A stretch of DNA of 64,000 nucleotides from an uncultured bacterium (lineage in GTDB: Bacteria > Omnitrophota > Omnitrophia > Omnitrophales > Abzuiibacteriaceae), in contig CAYLXA010000010.1 in the NCBI GenBank assembly GCA_964387845.1, forward strand, positions 1-64,000, given 5' to 3'. The notes under the pieces were generated by a model. That model saw only the letters and a program-made list of their open reading frames with translations, had not been told where the DNA came from and did no database searches. Shown in pieces: positions 19,377 through 29,594 of the stretch (within the stretch, counting starts at the first letter, position 1; each line of letters opens with the position of its first letter). Position numbers and translations under genes: made by a program.

Positions 19377-20563
19377 GCTTTTCTCCTGTACATGCCCTCG
19401 TAAGGCAAGCCCCAAATTTTCATAAACCCTTCCGCCGCACTTCTGTCAAAAGTGCTTTCTTTTGAATAGGTCGCCAGCTTTTCGGAATAAATCGAATAAG
19501 GCGACTTTCTTCCGGAGATCAAAACCTGTCCGGGAATTAATTTGAGTTTAATCGATCCGGTCACCCGTTTCTGTGGGCTTGCGAAGAACGCATCCAGAGC
19601 TTCCCGAAGCGGCGTAAACCATTGCCCGAAATAAATCATTTCGGAATATTTCTCTGACAAAACGCGCTTATAATGCGAAAATTCCCGATCAAGCACGAAA
19701 GATTCAAGCTCCTGATGAGCGGTCAAAAGCATCGTGGCGCCGGGCGCTTCGTAAATTTCCCGTGATTTAATGCCGACCAAACGATTCTCAATCTGGTCAA
19801 TCCGGCCGATTCCATATTTTCCGCCGACGGCATTCAGTTTCTCGATTAAATCCACCAAATTCATTTTCTTTCCGTTGATAGAAACCGGAATGCCGGATTG
19901 AAATCCTATTTCGACATAGGCCGGTTTTCTGGGCGCTTTCAAAGGCGACTGGGTCAAAATATAGGCATCTTCCGGCGGTTCTACGCACGGGTCTTCCAGT
20001 ATGCCGGCCTCAATCGCAGAACCCCAAATGTTCTTGTCTATGGAATACGGGCTCTTTTTTGTCACCGAAATTTTAATGTTATTTTCCTTCGCATAAGCGA
20101 TTTCTTCTTCGCGCGAATCAAATTCCCATTCCCGAAGCGGCGCAATAATTTTGAGTTTTGGATCGAGCGTTCTGACGCCGACTTCAATCCGGACTTGATC
20201 GTTGCCTTTTCCGGTACAGCCGTGAGCCACGTGCGTCGCTTTTTCCAAATGCGCAACCCGCACCAAATGTTTCGCAATCAGCGGCCGACCGAGGGATGTG
20301 GCCATCGGATATTGGCCTTCGTATCTGGCATGTGCCCAAAGCGCCGGAATTATAAAATCACGCGCAAATTCCTGCTTTAAATCCTGCACATAGACTTTGC
20401 TTGCGCCGGCAGATTTTGCTCTTTTTTGCAGCATGGATTTGTCCTTCACTTCGCCGATAAATGCCGAGAAGCACACAACTTCTGCGCCATACCGATCCTT
20501 AATCCACTTAACGGCGCAGGAAGTATCCAATCCGCCTGAATATGCCAGAATAACTTTATCCAT
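19373..20563 (-). CDS. argG: Argininosuccinate synthase
   Basis: AYSGGLDTS PP-loop, 396 aa. Confidence 0.9.
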   Translation of the reverse strand: MDKVILAYSGGLDTSCAVKWIKDRYGAEVVCFSAFIGEVKDKSMLQKRAKSAGASKVYVQDLKQEFARDFIIPALWAHARYEGQYPMATSLGRPLIAKHLVRVAHLEKATHVAHGCTGKGNDQVRIEVGVRTLDPKLKIIAPLREWEFDSREEEIAYAKENNIKISVTKKSPYSIDKNIWGSAIEAGILEDPCVEPPEDAYILTQSPLKAPRKPAYVEIGFQSGIPVSINGKKMNLVDLIEKLNAVGGKYGIGRIDQIENRLVGIKSREIYEAPGATMLLTAHQELESFVLDREFSHYKRVLSEKYSEMIYFGQWFTPLREALDAFFASPQKRVTGSIKLKLIPGQVLISGRKSPYSIYSEKLATYSKESTFDRSAAEGFMKIWGLPYEGMYRRKA

Positions 20564-20566
20564 AAA

Positions 20567-21502
20567 TCACCCTTTTCTCACTTTCCCCATTAAATAAATC
20601 AAAATAGCTTTTTGCACGTGAAGCCTGTTTTCGGCTTGGTCAAATACAACGGAAGCTTTGCTTTCAAATGCCTTGTCCGAAATTTCCTGGCCCCGGTGCG
20701 CCGGAAGACAGTGCATAATGATCGCTGTCTTCTTGGCGTATTTCATTAACTGCGGATTCACTTGAAATCCGACAAATTCTTTCCGTTTTTCAATTTCCAG
20801 GTTTTCCTCGCCCATACTCACCCAGACATCCGTATAAACCACATCCGCACCCGCCACGGCTTTTTTGGGATCTGTAAAAGCTTCGATCTTACTTTTTGAT
20901 TTTCTGCTTGCCTGCTTCGCCAGCTGACAAATTTTCCGAGACGGCGGATAGGCTGCAGGTGTTGCATAAGCAAAATCAACGCCTAACTGTGCCGCCAGAA
21001 GCAAAAGCGAATGGCAAACATTATTGCCGTCGCCCACATACGCAATTTTTTTGTCCTTCAAAGAGCCGAATTTCTCCTGAATGGTGAAGAAATCCGTCAC
21101 AGCTTGGCAAGGATGCGCCGTATTGCTCAAACCATTAATAACAGGCTTGCTGAAATATTCTCCAAATTCCAAAATGGTATCGTGCGAAAATGTCCTGAGC
21201 ACTACCGCATCCAAATATCGGTTCAAAACACGGGCAATGTCCCGCACTTCTTCCCGCACACCAAGCTGAATATCATCGGGGCCGAGATACATCACATTGC
21301 CGCCAAGTTTGGTAAACCCGACTTCAAATGAAATTCTGGTCCGTGTCGAAGGTTTCTCAAAAATAAGTCCCAGGATTTTTCCCTTGAGAAAATCCTGATA
21401 GGCATCCGGATTTTTTTTGACCTTTTTTGTCAGCTCAAAAATCGTTTTGATTTCGGCCGTGTCAAAATCATACACATTGATAAAGTGCGGCTGTTTCTTC
21501 AT
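20567..21502 (-). CDS. argF: Ornithine carbamoyltransferase
   Basis: STRTR carbamoyl-phosphate motif, HCLP, 311 aa. Confidence 0.85.
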   Translation of the reverse strand: MKKQPHFINVYDFDTAEIKTIFELTKKVKKNPDAYQDFLKGKILGLIFEKPSTRTRISFEVGFTKLGGNVMYLGPDDIQLGVREEVRDIARVLNRYLDAVVLRTFSHDTILEFGEYFSKPVINGLSNTAHPCQAVTDFFTIQEKFGSLKDKKIAYVGDGNNVCHSLLLLAAQLGVDFAYATPAAYPPSRKICQLAKQASRKSKSKIEAFTDPKKAVAGADVVYTDVWVSMGEENLEIEKRKEFVGFQVNPQLMKYAKKTAIIMHCLPAHRGQEISDKAFESKASVVFDQAENRLHVQKAILIYLMGKVRKG

Positions 21503-22686
21503 TTCACTTCTCCGAGCGCCCGGTCTAAAACCCGGATTGCTTGATCAATCAATTTTTTCGATACCGTCATCGCGGGAACAATCCGCAGAACTTTATCCTG
21601 TGTGCAATTGATAATGAGTCCTTCTTCCAGACATCTGTCAAAGATCTTAGCGCCTGGTACGGACAACTCAACGCCCAACATCACGCCCATGCCTCTCACT
21701 TCTTTGATGAATGAATATTTGGATTTTAACTCTTCCAACTTCTCGCGCAAATATTTGCCCATCGCGACTGTATTTTGAAGCAATTTTTCGCTCTCAATCG
21801 CTTTAAAAACACCGAGTGCCGCGCTGGCCGCGATCGGATTTCCGCCGAATGTAGAAGCGTGCGTGCCGGGCGTAAAAACTTCCTTTTTAATTCGTTTATT
21901 CACAACCAAAGCACCGATCGGAACACCGCCGCCCAAGGATTTTGCGAGCACCATGAGATCCGGCTCAATTCCGTAATGCTGAAACGCAAACCATTTTCCG
22001 GTCCGGCCCATTCCGGTTTGCACTTCGTCAAAAACAAGGAGCATATCTTTCTCATCGCAAAGTTTTCTAAGTTTTTCGATATAGGATTTGTCACAGACAC
22101 GAATCCCGCCCTCGCCTTGGATCGGTTCCACAATAATTGCGACCGTCTTGTCATTGACGAGCTTCTTCAAACCTTCAAAATCATTGAGTTCTGCATATTG
22201 AAAACCGATCGGAAGCGGTGAAAATCCTTCCTGATACTTCCCTTGTCCGGTTGCCGTCATAGCGCCGAGCGTTCTTCCGTGAAACGATTGCTTCATCGTG
22301 ATGATTTCGTATCGCCCGCTTTCGGAGCCATATTTTCTCGCAAATTTAATGGCGGCCTCAACGCCTTCGGCACCGCTGTTGCAGAAAAAAACTTTTCCGG
22401 GAAAAGACCTCTTGATAATTTCTTTTGCAAGTTTCGCTTGTTGTAAATTATAAAAATTATTCGGAACGTGAAGAATTTTTCGCGTTTGTTCCTTCAGTGC
22501 GTGAATCACAACCGGATGACAATGTCCCAACCCGGAGACCGCCCAGCCGGGGAAAAAATCCAAATATTTTTTCCCTTCGATGTCCCAAACAAACGAACCC
22601 TTGCCTTTCACCATACAGACAGGCGTCTGGCGGTAAGTGGGAAGAACATTTTCCCCGTATAAGTTTTCGATGTCACGATTTTTCAT
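21499..22686 (-). CDS. argD: Acetylornithine aminotransferase (class III PLP)
   Basis: FDEVQTG... with the PLP lysine region (LAKSLGGG). 4-nt overlap with argF. Confidence 0.85.
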   Translation of the reverse strand: MKNRDIENLYGENVLPTYRQTPVCMVKGKGSFVWDIEGKKYLDFFPGWAVSGLGHCHPVVIHALKEQTRKILHVPNNFYNLQQAKLAKEIIKRSFPGKVFFCNSGAEGVEAAIKFARKYGSESGRYEIITMKQSFHGRTLGAMTATGQGKYQEGFSPLPIGFQYAELNDFEGLKKLVNDKTVAIIVEPIQGEGGIRVCDKSYIEKLRKLCDEKDMLLVFDEVQTGMGRTGKWFAFQHYGIEPDLMVLAKSLGGGVPIGALVVNKRIKKEVFTPGTHASTFGGNPIAASAALGVFKAIESEKLLQNTVAMGKYLREKLEELKSKYSFIKEVRGMGVMLGVELSVPGAKIFDRCLEEGLIINCTQDKVLRIVPAMTVSKKLIDQAIRVLDRALGEVK

Positions 22687-22707
22687 ATGATTTAACCCGT
22701 GGAAAAA

Positions 22708-23595
22708 CTACGAGCGTACTTCGACTTCGGTTCCGATACCTTGATCGGTAAAAATTTCCAAGAGAAGCGAATGTTTGATGCGGCCGTCGATGATGTGCGC
22801 CTTTTTGACGCCGCCTTTGACGGCCTGAATGATGCAGCGAACCTTGGGAATCATGCCGTCTTTGACAATTTTGGTATCAATCAAATTCTGAAGTTCATGT
22901 ATGTCCAGCGACGAAATGAGCGTTTCGGGATTTGCAGGGTCCCGCATAATACCTTGAATGTTCGTTAAAATCATGAGTTTCTGGACCTGAAGCGCAGCTG
23001 CGATTTTACTGGCCGCATCGTCGGCGTTCACATTGTACATTTGGCCTCGCTCATCAATCCCAAGCGGATAAATGACGGGAATGATGTTGTAATCTGTCAG
23101 CTCCCGGATCGGCAAAATATTGACGTTCGTCACATCGCCCACAAATCCGACATCGCCTTCGGATGTGTGTTTCACCACATTCAAAATTTCAGCCGCGTGG
23201 CCCGATAGTCCGATCGCTCGTGCTCCGAATGTATTTAAATCATGCGCAATACTTTTATTAATTTCCGCCAGCGTCGAAGAAACCACCTCGATGGTTTTAC
23301 TATCCGTCACTCGCAGGCCGTTCCGGAATTCCGATTTGATGCCGGCTTTTTTCATGTTTTCCGTAATCGCCGGGCCGCCGCCGTGAATCAAAATCGGCTT
23401 AATACCTACATAGTGCATGAACACCAAATCATGGAGCACATTTCTCCGGATTTCAGGATCGAGCATGGCCGAGCCGCCATATTTAATCAAAACTTCTTTG
23501 CCGCGAAATTTTTTGATATACGGAAGCGCTTCGATCAAAATTCCCGACTTCTCGACAAGCTTTTCCAAACCATCAAAGAGACTGGGATTGGGCAT
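22708..23595 (-). CDS. argB: Acetylglutamate kinase
   Basis: Amino-acid kinase family, VIKYGGSAM N-terminus. Confidence 0.9.
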   Translation of the reverse strand: MPNPSLFDGLEKLVEKSGILIEALPYIKKFRGKEVLIKYGGSAMLDPEIRRNVLHDLVFMHYVGIKPILIHGGGPAITENMKKAGIKSEFRNGLRVTDSKTIEVVSSTLAEINKSIAHDLNTFGARAIGLSGHAAEILNVVKHTSEGDVGFVGDVTNVNILPIRELTDYNIIPVIYPLGIDERGQMYNVNADDAASKIAAALQVQKLMILTNIQGIMRDPANPETLISSLDIHELQNLIDTKIVKDGMIPKVRCIIQAVKGGVKKAHIIDGRIKHSLLLEIFTDQGIGTEVEVRS

Positions 23596-23597
23596 AA

Positions 23598-24830
23598 TTA
23601 ACTCGAATACGACGCATTAATCCAAACGTAGAACTTGGTTAAGTCCGTGGTCAGAAACGTGTCGTGTGCCTTTCCGGATTTTAAATTGATGTCGCAATAA
23701 AAAAATTTCTTCTTCAAAACTTTCCTCACCTTTGACCGATTTTTATCAATCGGCCTGCCGTTTTTCAAAATCGAAACGCCTTCAAATGAAATATCAAGCT
23801 TTTTTGAAAATTGAATGCCGGTCGAACCAATTGCCGCCACCAATCTTCCCCAATTCGGGTCTTCACCGGCGAACATGGTTTTTACAAGCATCGAAGTGGT
23901 AATTTGCTTTCCGGCTGCCAAAACTTCCTTCGGATTTCGGCCGCCTTTAATCCTAAACTCGCACACGTGCTGAACGCCTTCGCCGTCTGCTAAAAGGCCT
24001 TTCGCCAAGTCCCTGCACATGGATGTCAGCGCATTTTGGAACAAATGAAAATCGGCGTTTTTGGTTTTGATGATTTTGTTCTTCGCCAGCCCGTTTGCAA
24101 AGACCACGACCATGTCGTTTGTACTCATGTCATTATCAATCGAAATCCGGTTAAAGGATTTTTCAGTCGCATGCATGAGCGCTTCTTTCAAAAGCGGTTT
24201 TGTAATCGCCAAATCGGTTGTGAAATAACAAAGCATCGTCGCGTGCCTCGGCAATGTCATCACCGGATAAATCATGCCGGAACCTTTTGCCATCGCCGCT
24301 AGCGAGACAGTTTTGCCGCCGGCCTTGAACTTGACCGCGACTTCTTTCGTGCGCGTATCGGTCGTTAGAATACCGAGCGCCGCATCGTGGCCGCCCTGTT
24401 TGGATAAATTCTTCACGAGTACCGGAATCGCGGCTTTGAGTTTGGCAATCGGAAACGGCCTTCCGATGATTCCTGTTGAAGCGAGAATAATTTCATCCTG
24501 CCTGATTTTGAGCGCCTTCGACAACAATTTGAGCGAAACTTTCACCGTATTAAGGCCGCTTTGGCCGTTGAAACAATTCGCATTGCCGCTGTTGGCCAAA
24601 ATCGCCCGATGCGCTTTTTTCGAAATCACTTTTTCATCATGCAGAAGCGGCCACGCTTTTGCTTTGTTGACCGTAAAAACACCCGCGCTCACGGCAGGCA
24701 CATCCGAAACAATCAATGAACAATCATATTTCCGTTTGTTGGCTTTAATGCCGGCATGCATGCCGCTGGCTTGAAAACCTTCAGGCAACGCAACAGAACC
24801 GTTCGGGATAATTTGCCAGGACTTTTTCAT
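23598..24830 (-). CDS. argJ: Bifunctional glutamate N-acetyltransferase/ornithine acetyltransferase. The true start is at MKKSWQIIPNG. The ORF-track 49-aa Arg-rich extension is spurious read-back into argC.
   Basis: ArgJ autoprocessing threonine region (ATML ... T), 410 aa. ATGA overlap with the argC stop. Confidence 0.9.
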   Translation of the reverse strand: MKKSWQIIPNGSVALPEGFQASGMHAGIKANKRKYDCSLIVSDVPAVSAGVFTVNKAKAWPLLHDEKVISKKAHRAILANSGNANCFNGQSGLNTVKVSLKLLSKALKIRQDEIILASTGIIGRPFPIAKLKAAIPVLVKNLSKQGGHDAALGILTTDTRTKEVAVKFKAGGKTVSLAAMAKGSGMIYPVMTLPRHATMLCYFTTDLAITKPLLKEALMHATEKSFNRISIDNDMSTNDMVVVFANGLAKNKIIKTKNADFHLFQNALTSMCRDLAKGLLADGEGVQHVCEFRIKGGRNPKEVLAAGKQITTSMLVKTMFAGEDPNWGRLVAAIGSTGIQFSKKLDISFEGVSILKNGRPIDKNRSKVRKVLKKKFFYCDINLKSGKAHDTFLTTDLTKFYVWINASYSS

Positions 24831-25861
24831 GAAAGAAGCCCCGCCTCTTCCGCAAAATTCATCCGGATGTTCATGTTCTGCACCGCTTGGCCGCTGGCGC
24901 CTTTCACGAGATTGTCGATAGTTGTCATCACGATGACTTGATTGGTTTTGGGATTCATCTGAATTCCGATATCGCAAAAATTGGTATATGCAACGCTCCG
25001 AATATTGGGCGAAACACCTTCTCCCAAAAATCTCACGAACGGCTCTATTTTATAATAAGTCTCGAAAGCTTCGGCGATTTTGCTGGGTTTTACGCCGGCC
25101 AACTTTTTGACATAAATGGTCGAAAAAATTCCCCGCGTAACCGGCAACAGATGCGGCACAAACGTGATTTTGACTTCGCCGCCCGCGACCTGCGAAAGCG
25201 TTTGTTCAATCTCCGGAATGTGCTGATGTTGATTGACTTTGTAAGCATTGAAATTTTCGTTCACTTCCGAAAAGTGAGTTGTCATCGCTAATTTTTTGCC
25301 CGCGCCGCTTACGCCCGACTTGGAATCAATGATGATAGAGCTCGGCTCGATCAATCTTTCCTTCAAAAGCGGCAGAAGGCCGAGTGCGGCGCCCGTCGGA
25401 TAGCAGCCGGGATTGGCAATTAAATTGGCTTTTTTAATTTCGGACCGGTTCAACTCCGGCAATCCGTAAACAGCTTTCGATAAAAGTTTTTTCTGTGTGT
25501 GCTCTGCTTTATACCATTCTTCAAACACCCGGATGTTTTTCAGCCTGAAATCGGCCGAGAGATCAACGACGACTTTACCGTCTTTCAAAAATTCGGAAGC
25601 GGTTTCCATTGCCATCGTATGCGGCAGCGCCAGAAAAACAACGTCCGAATCCCGAAGTACTTCTTTGTGCGCCGTTTTCTTGATAACGAGGTTCTGTGAT
25701 TTGTCGAGGCTTGGAACAATGCTCCGTGCCGGAAGCGCTTCCTCGCCCCGCGTCGTCAGATGCGCGATTTTGACATTCGGATGGACGGCAAGAATCCGGA
25801 TTAATTCCGCTCCCGTATAACCTGTCGCACCGATAACCGAACATCGTGTTGTGGTAGTCAT
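24827..25861 (-). CDS. argC: N-acetyl-gamma-glutamyl-phosphate reductase
   Basis: GATGYTG NAD(P)-binding loop, catalytic Cys in GCYPT. Confidence 0.9.
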   Translation of the reverse strand: MTTTTRCSVIGATGYTGAELIRILAVHPNVKIAHLTTRGEEALPARSIVPSLDKSQNLVIKKTAHKEVLRDSDVVFLALPHTMAMETASEFLKDGKVVVDLSADFRLKNIRVFEEWYKAEHTQKKLLSKAVYGLPELNRSEIKKANLIANPGCYPTGAALGLLPLLKERLIEPSSIIIDSKSGVSGAGKKLAMTTHFSEVNENFNAYKVNQHQHIPEIEQTLSQVAGGEVKITFVPHLLPVTRGIFSTIYVKKLAGVKPSKIAEAFETYYKIEPFVRFLGEGVSPNIRSVAYTNFCDIGIQMNPKTNQVIVMTTIDNLVKGASGQAVQNMNIRMNFAEEAGLLS

Positions 25862-25884
25862 TTTTATCTTCCCTAAAAATAAAA

Positions 25885-25929
25885 AATTCTAAACATTGCC
25901 CCGAAAATTGTCGGAACCTGTTTAGAATT
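25885..25929. promoter_or_regulatory. Perfect 11-bp inverted repeat AATTCTAAACA-N23-TGTTTAGAATT in the divergent argC/rnc intergenic region. Candidate operator or RNA hairpin for the arg operon.
   Basis: Seen directly. The arms are exactly complementary and the spacer contains a nested near-palindrome CCGAAAATTGTCGG. Confidence 0.3.
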
Positions 25930-26070
25930 AACGTATTATAAAAAATTCGGGGGCCTTTGTCAAAGCAGGAAATCGGCTAAATTACCCCTTATTTTTAACC
26001 AACATGCGCCAAAGTAAAACTGGTCAAAACAAACACCTTATGTTAATCTGTTCGCTGTCTTTTTAAAAAT

Positions 26071-26832
26071 ATGCACGCCAAAAGCAAAAAGCTAGCCCGC
26101 TGGGCCTCCGATTTAGAAAAATTCCAGAAGAAAATTAAAATCCGGTTCCGGGAAAAACGCTACCTGAAATCGGCTTTTACCCACCCTTCTTATGATCATG
26201 AAAACTTTCTGGAAATCAAATCCGACTTTGAGCGGCTTGAATTCTTCGGGGATTCCATTTTAAATTTTGCGGTCTGTGAAAAATTGTTCGCGATTTTCCC
26301 GAAAGCAACCGAAGGCAATCTGAGCCGGCTGAGGTCAACTTTGGTATCAAAAAAAATCCTGTCGCGTATTTCAAAAAAGCTCGGGCTCTGGAATTTGACT
26401 TTATTCGGGCGCAACGAACAGATGCTCAAAGATCCTTATCGGATGAAGCTTCTGGCAGATATTTTGGAGGCGTTTATCGGCGCGGTTTATTTGGAGCATG
26501 GAATCAAAACATCGCGTGCGTTTGTGTGGAAATATTGGAACCCGTATTTTAATGTGCGGAAATTATTGGCGCTGGATCCCAATCCGAAAAGCACGCTGCA
26601 GGAATTCACGCAGCGTTTTTACCGTTCACTTCCGCACTATCAAATCAAACCAGCCAAGAATGGTTTTATCTGCAAAATCAAACTGCCGAACCGTACGGTT
26701 GGAATCGGAAAAGGAATGAGCAAGCAAGAATCAGAAGAACAGGCCGCGCAGGCTCTGCTGGGAAAATTGAAGAAAAAGAAAAACTATTCGGGTTTTTTCA
26801 ACAAAGACTCAAGAAGCGCCATTCCGGTCTGA
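26071..26832 (+). CDS. rnc: Ribonuclease III
   Basis: RNase III signature ERLEFFGDSILNF, C-terminal dsRBD with a Lys-rich tail. Its 3' end overlaps the asmA-like gene convergently by 49 nt. Confidence 0.85.
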   Translation: MHAKSKKLARWASDLEKFQKKIKIRFREKRYLKSAFTHPSYDHENFLEIKSDFERLEFFGDSILNFAVCEKLFAIFPKATEGNLSRLRSTLVSKKILSRISKKLGLWNLTLFGRNEQMLKDPYRMKLLADILEAFIGAVYLEHGIKTSRAFVWKYWNPYFNVRKLLALDPNPKSTLQEFTQRFYRSLPHYQIKPAKNGFICKIKLPNRTVGIGKGMSKQESEEQAAQALLGKLKKKKNYSGFFNKDSRSAIPV

Positions 26833-29444
26833 ACCGCCCGCTCGGAATTTGATTTTTTCTCGCCGTCTTGTCTCATGAGTTCCGCAAGCGGATTGGCCGG
26901 CCCATTTTCCTCTGTTTTTGAATCTGCCAAATCACCCGCTTTCTCTGCGGACTCTTGAGGTTGGAAAAACTTCTGGAATTTTTCTTTCGCCAAATTGATC
27001 ACGAAATTCTGAATGAGCGCCGGATCCGGTTTTAGTGAAGGTTTCTGAAGTGTGCCCGTCAAAATCAGCGGAATCGGGCCGATTCTTTCATTCTCCTCAA
27101 TTGAGGGCTTGATTTTACGGCTCACGGCATGCGAAAGCGAAGTTTGGAGCCTGAAATTAAGGTTTCCTTGAAAATCAATGTCGCCGGCCGCATCAACCGA
27201 AAGATCGGCCGAATGAAGCAAAAGCTGGTCCGTCGTAATTTTACCGCCGCCGATCCTGAACTCGCTTTTAATATCTTCAAACCGGGTGTGGCCCGATGAA
27301 AATTCATTGAGCCCTGCAAGTTGAGCAACAATCGCCATCGAACCCAAAAGATCCACGGTTTTGAGATCACCGTTTGTGAGCGAAACCGTTCCGGACCCGG
27401 TTAAACTATTCTTGATATCATCTTCCGAAAAGCCGCGGCCCTGCGTTTGCGCAACCAAAAATAAATTTCCTTCGATCGGGCTCTGCAAGTCGGTTTCAAG
27501 CATTCGTGCAAGACTGATTTTTTCGATTTCAAGGTCAAGGCCGTAAGGCGGTACGGGCGGATTTAAATCAAGCCAGCCGTTTGCACGCACGCTTCCTTCA
27601 TACACTTGAAAAGACAAACTTTTTAATGCAATCCGGTTGTTTTCGTAACCGAATTCGGAAACAAGATTTTCGAGCTTCACATTCGGTTTGATGACCGAGC
27701 CGACGGCTTGCTCAACCGGAAGCAACTGTTCGGGCGTCAGGTTGACGCCGAAAATGCGCGCAATGGGCCCGGCTTTTTGGATGACAGCCCGAAGGTCCAG
27801 TGCGGGCGAATCCAAATTCACAATGATGCGCGGCACCTCTTGGAAAAACATGGCAGCTTGGCCGGAAAATTGCGAACCGCCGATTTGGAAACTGAATTTC
27901 TTGGCTTCTAAATCCATGGGCCCGGCGTCGATGCTTCCGCTCAAATTTTCGATCAGCGCGGCTCCGGATTTCTCCCGAATGCCGACATTATCAAACGCAA
28001 CGTTGTACATCAGCCTAGGTTCCGCAGGTGCTGCTTGTTCATCTGCTTTTGTTTTATTTTTAACATTCACAAAAAGTTTCAAAGCGCCCGACAGTTCGTA
28101 GCCGGACATCGTAGGCACCATCGCTTCCCATCCCGGAAGGTCGAACTGGTTGGTCATGAGCGTGATTTCACCCAGCCCGCTTGTCGTGTCAAATTTGACA
28201 AAGGAGCCCTTCAGCTTTGTTTGGTTCAGCGTAATGTCGACTTCGCCGTCTAGAATACGGCCTTCCTTAAAAGAAAGATGGTCAGAGGTAAATTGAAACG
28301 GAACCGATTTTGGCTTCTCAAAATAGCGTGAATATGCAAAAAGCGAATCGGTCAGATCGCCGTTGGCATGAATCGCAAGATTATCTTGCGTGCCGGAAAT
28401 GACGATATCAAGCCGGCTGGATCCCGAAAACCCGAGATTAACGGGCATGACCTCAGCCAGGGGCAAAATATAATTCGGCAGCCGGTCCCATGTAATCGGG
28501 TCCAACGCCAAATGAATCTCTTCTGCTTTTCCCTCTTTGAGATTGGCAGCGCCGCTTATTTTCAGGCTCAAAAATGATGCCGACACCGTCGTGGGCTTGA
28601 AAGTCAAAAGCTGTGTATTAATGTCATAAACGGCATTGAGATCAAGTTTGTAATTTGTTTTTTCGCTCGCGGTTGTCTTTTGGGTACTCATTCGGTAAAT
28701 AAAGTCATCCAAACCGAGCACACCTTGAACTGTGACTTCCGGAGAGGCCGCGGTTTTTTCGAGTTTTCCGTCCCAGGCAAAAGAGCCGCTGTCGATAAGT
28801 TCAAAAACCGGAATTCCAAATTGCTGAAGCGATTTGCGAAGCGGCGTCGTTTTGACGGTGATTTGCCCGTTCCACGACATGCCGGCCGGATCGGGATGGT
28901 CAAAATCAATTTTGGCTTTGCCTTCCAAGAATAAATTCGGTGTATCGCTGAGCCAATTTCCGGAGAGCTCGACATTCATCCAATGATTGGACCTGACATT
29001 GGAAAGGATTGCCGTCACATGGTTGAATTCCATGATCCGCGGCGCTTCTTGTTCGTTCATAGAAACGGGCAATTTCAGGTTGGCGTTCCTGAAAATCACT
29101 TTTGACAAATCAATCTGCCGGGCAAAAAGCGGCAGAATCCTCAACTGGCAGCGGAATTCCTCAAGTGTTAAAAACGGCGCGGCTTCCGGGTGATTGGGAT
29201 CGCGGATCTCAATGTTGTGAAACCTGAACGTCGGCAGCGGCAAAAGCGAAAGACTGGGGCGTTCTAACTCAATATCAAAACTCGTTTTTTCGCGAAACTG
29301 GCGGCTTAATAGATCCTGCAAGGCGGCCGGCTTGACAAAAAAAGGCAGAACAAAAAACAAAATCAGAAAAAGGGCGGCAATTGAAGTGATCCAAATCAGG
29401 ATGGGCTTAATGCGGTTTGGTCTCGCCACTGACACTTTATTCAT
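26784..29444 (-). CDS. AsmA-family outer-membrane biogenesis protein (886 aa)
   Basis: N-terminal TM anchor (ILIWITSIAALFLILFFVL) followed by a long beta-rich periplasmic region with AsmA-like architecture. Confidence 0.65.
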   Translation of the reverse strand: MNKVSVARPNRIKPILIWITSIAALFLILFFVLPFFVKPAALQDLLSRQFREKTSFDIELERPSLSLLPLPTFRFHNIEIRDPNHPEAAPFLTLEEFRCQLRILPLFARQIDLSKVIFRNANLKLPVSMNEQEAPRIMEFNHVTAILSNVRSNHWMNVELSGNWLSDTPNLFLEGKAKIDFDHPDPAGMSWNGQITVKTTPLRKSLQQFGIPVFELIDSGSFAWDGKLEKTAASPEVTVQGVLGLDDFIYRMSTQKTTASEKTNYKLDLNAVYDINTQLLTFKPTTVSASFLSLKISGAANLKEGKAEEIHLALDPITWDRLPNYILPLAEVMPVNLGFSGSSRLDIVISGTQDNLAIHANGDLTDSLFAYSRYFEKPKSVPFQFTSDHLSFKEGRILDGEVDITLNQTKLKGSFVKFDTTSGLGEITLMTNQFDLPGWEAMVPTMSGYELSGALKLFVNVKNKTKADEQAAPAEPRLMYNVAFDNVGIREKSGAALIENLSGSIDAGPMDLEAKKFSFQIGGSQFSGQAAMFFQEVPRIIVNLDSPALDLRAVIQKAGPIARIFGVNLTPEQLLPVEQAVGSVIKPNVKLENLVSEFGYENNRIALKSLSFQVYEGSVRANGWLDLNPPVPPYGLDLEIEKISLARMLETDLQSPIEGNLFLVAQTQGRGFSEDDIKNSLTGSGTVSLTNGDLKTVDLLGSMAIVAQLAGLNEFSSGHTRFEDIKSEFRIGGGKITTDQLLLHSADLSVDAAGDIDFQGNLNFRLQTSLSHAVSRKIKPSIEENERIGPIPLILTGTLQKPSLKPDPALIQNFVINLAKEKFQKFFQPQESAEKAGDLADSKTEENGPANPLAELMRQDGEKKSNSERAVQTGMALLESLLKKPE

Positions 29445-29456
29445 ACAACCGAAAGG

Positions 29457-29594
29457 TTAGTAGTTAGAGCTGGATGTGTATAAGGGGCCGGCCGGATTGT
29501 ATTGATAATCCTCAAGAAATTCGGCGCAGCCGCTGACGGCAAAACAAATCAACGCAAGGAAAAGTGCCAAGTACCAATGCCGGACACTTTTCAT
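29457..29594 (-). CDS. Unannotated 45-aa small lipoprotein candidate (MKSVRHWYLALFLALICFAVSGCAEFLEDYQYNPAGPLYTSSSNY)
   Basis: Hand-translated from the minus strand. Signal peptide plus lipobox VSGC. Below the ORF-track size cutoff. Confidence 0.3.
   Translation of the reverse strand: MKSVRHWYLALFLALICFAVSGCAEFLEDYQYNPAGPLYTSSSNY

Noticed and set aside
24831-24977. 49-aa Arg-rich N-terminal extension of argJ in the ORF track
   Set aside because: It overlaps the argC 3' end. The canonical ArgJ N-terminus MKKSW... starts at 24830 with ATGA coupling to the argC stop.
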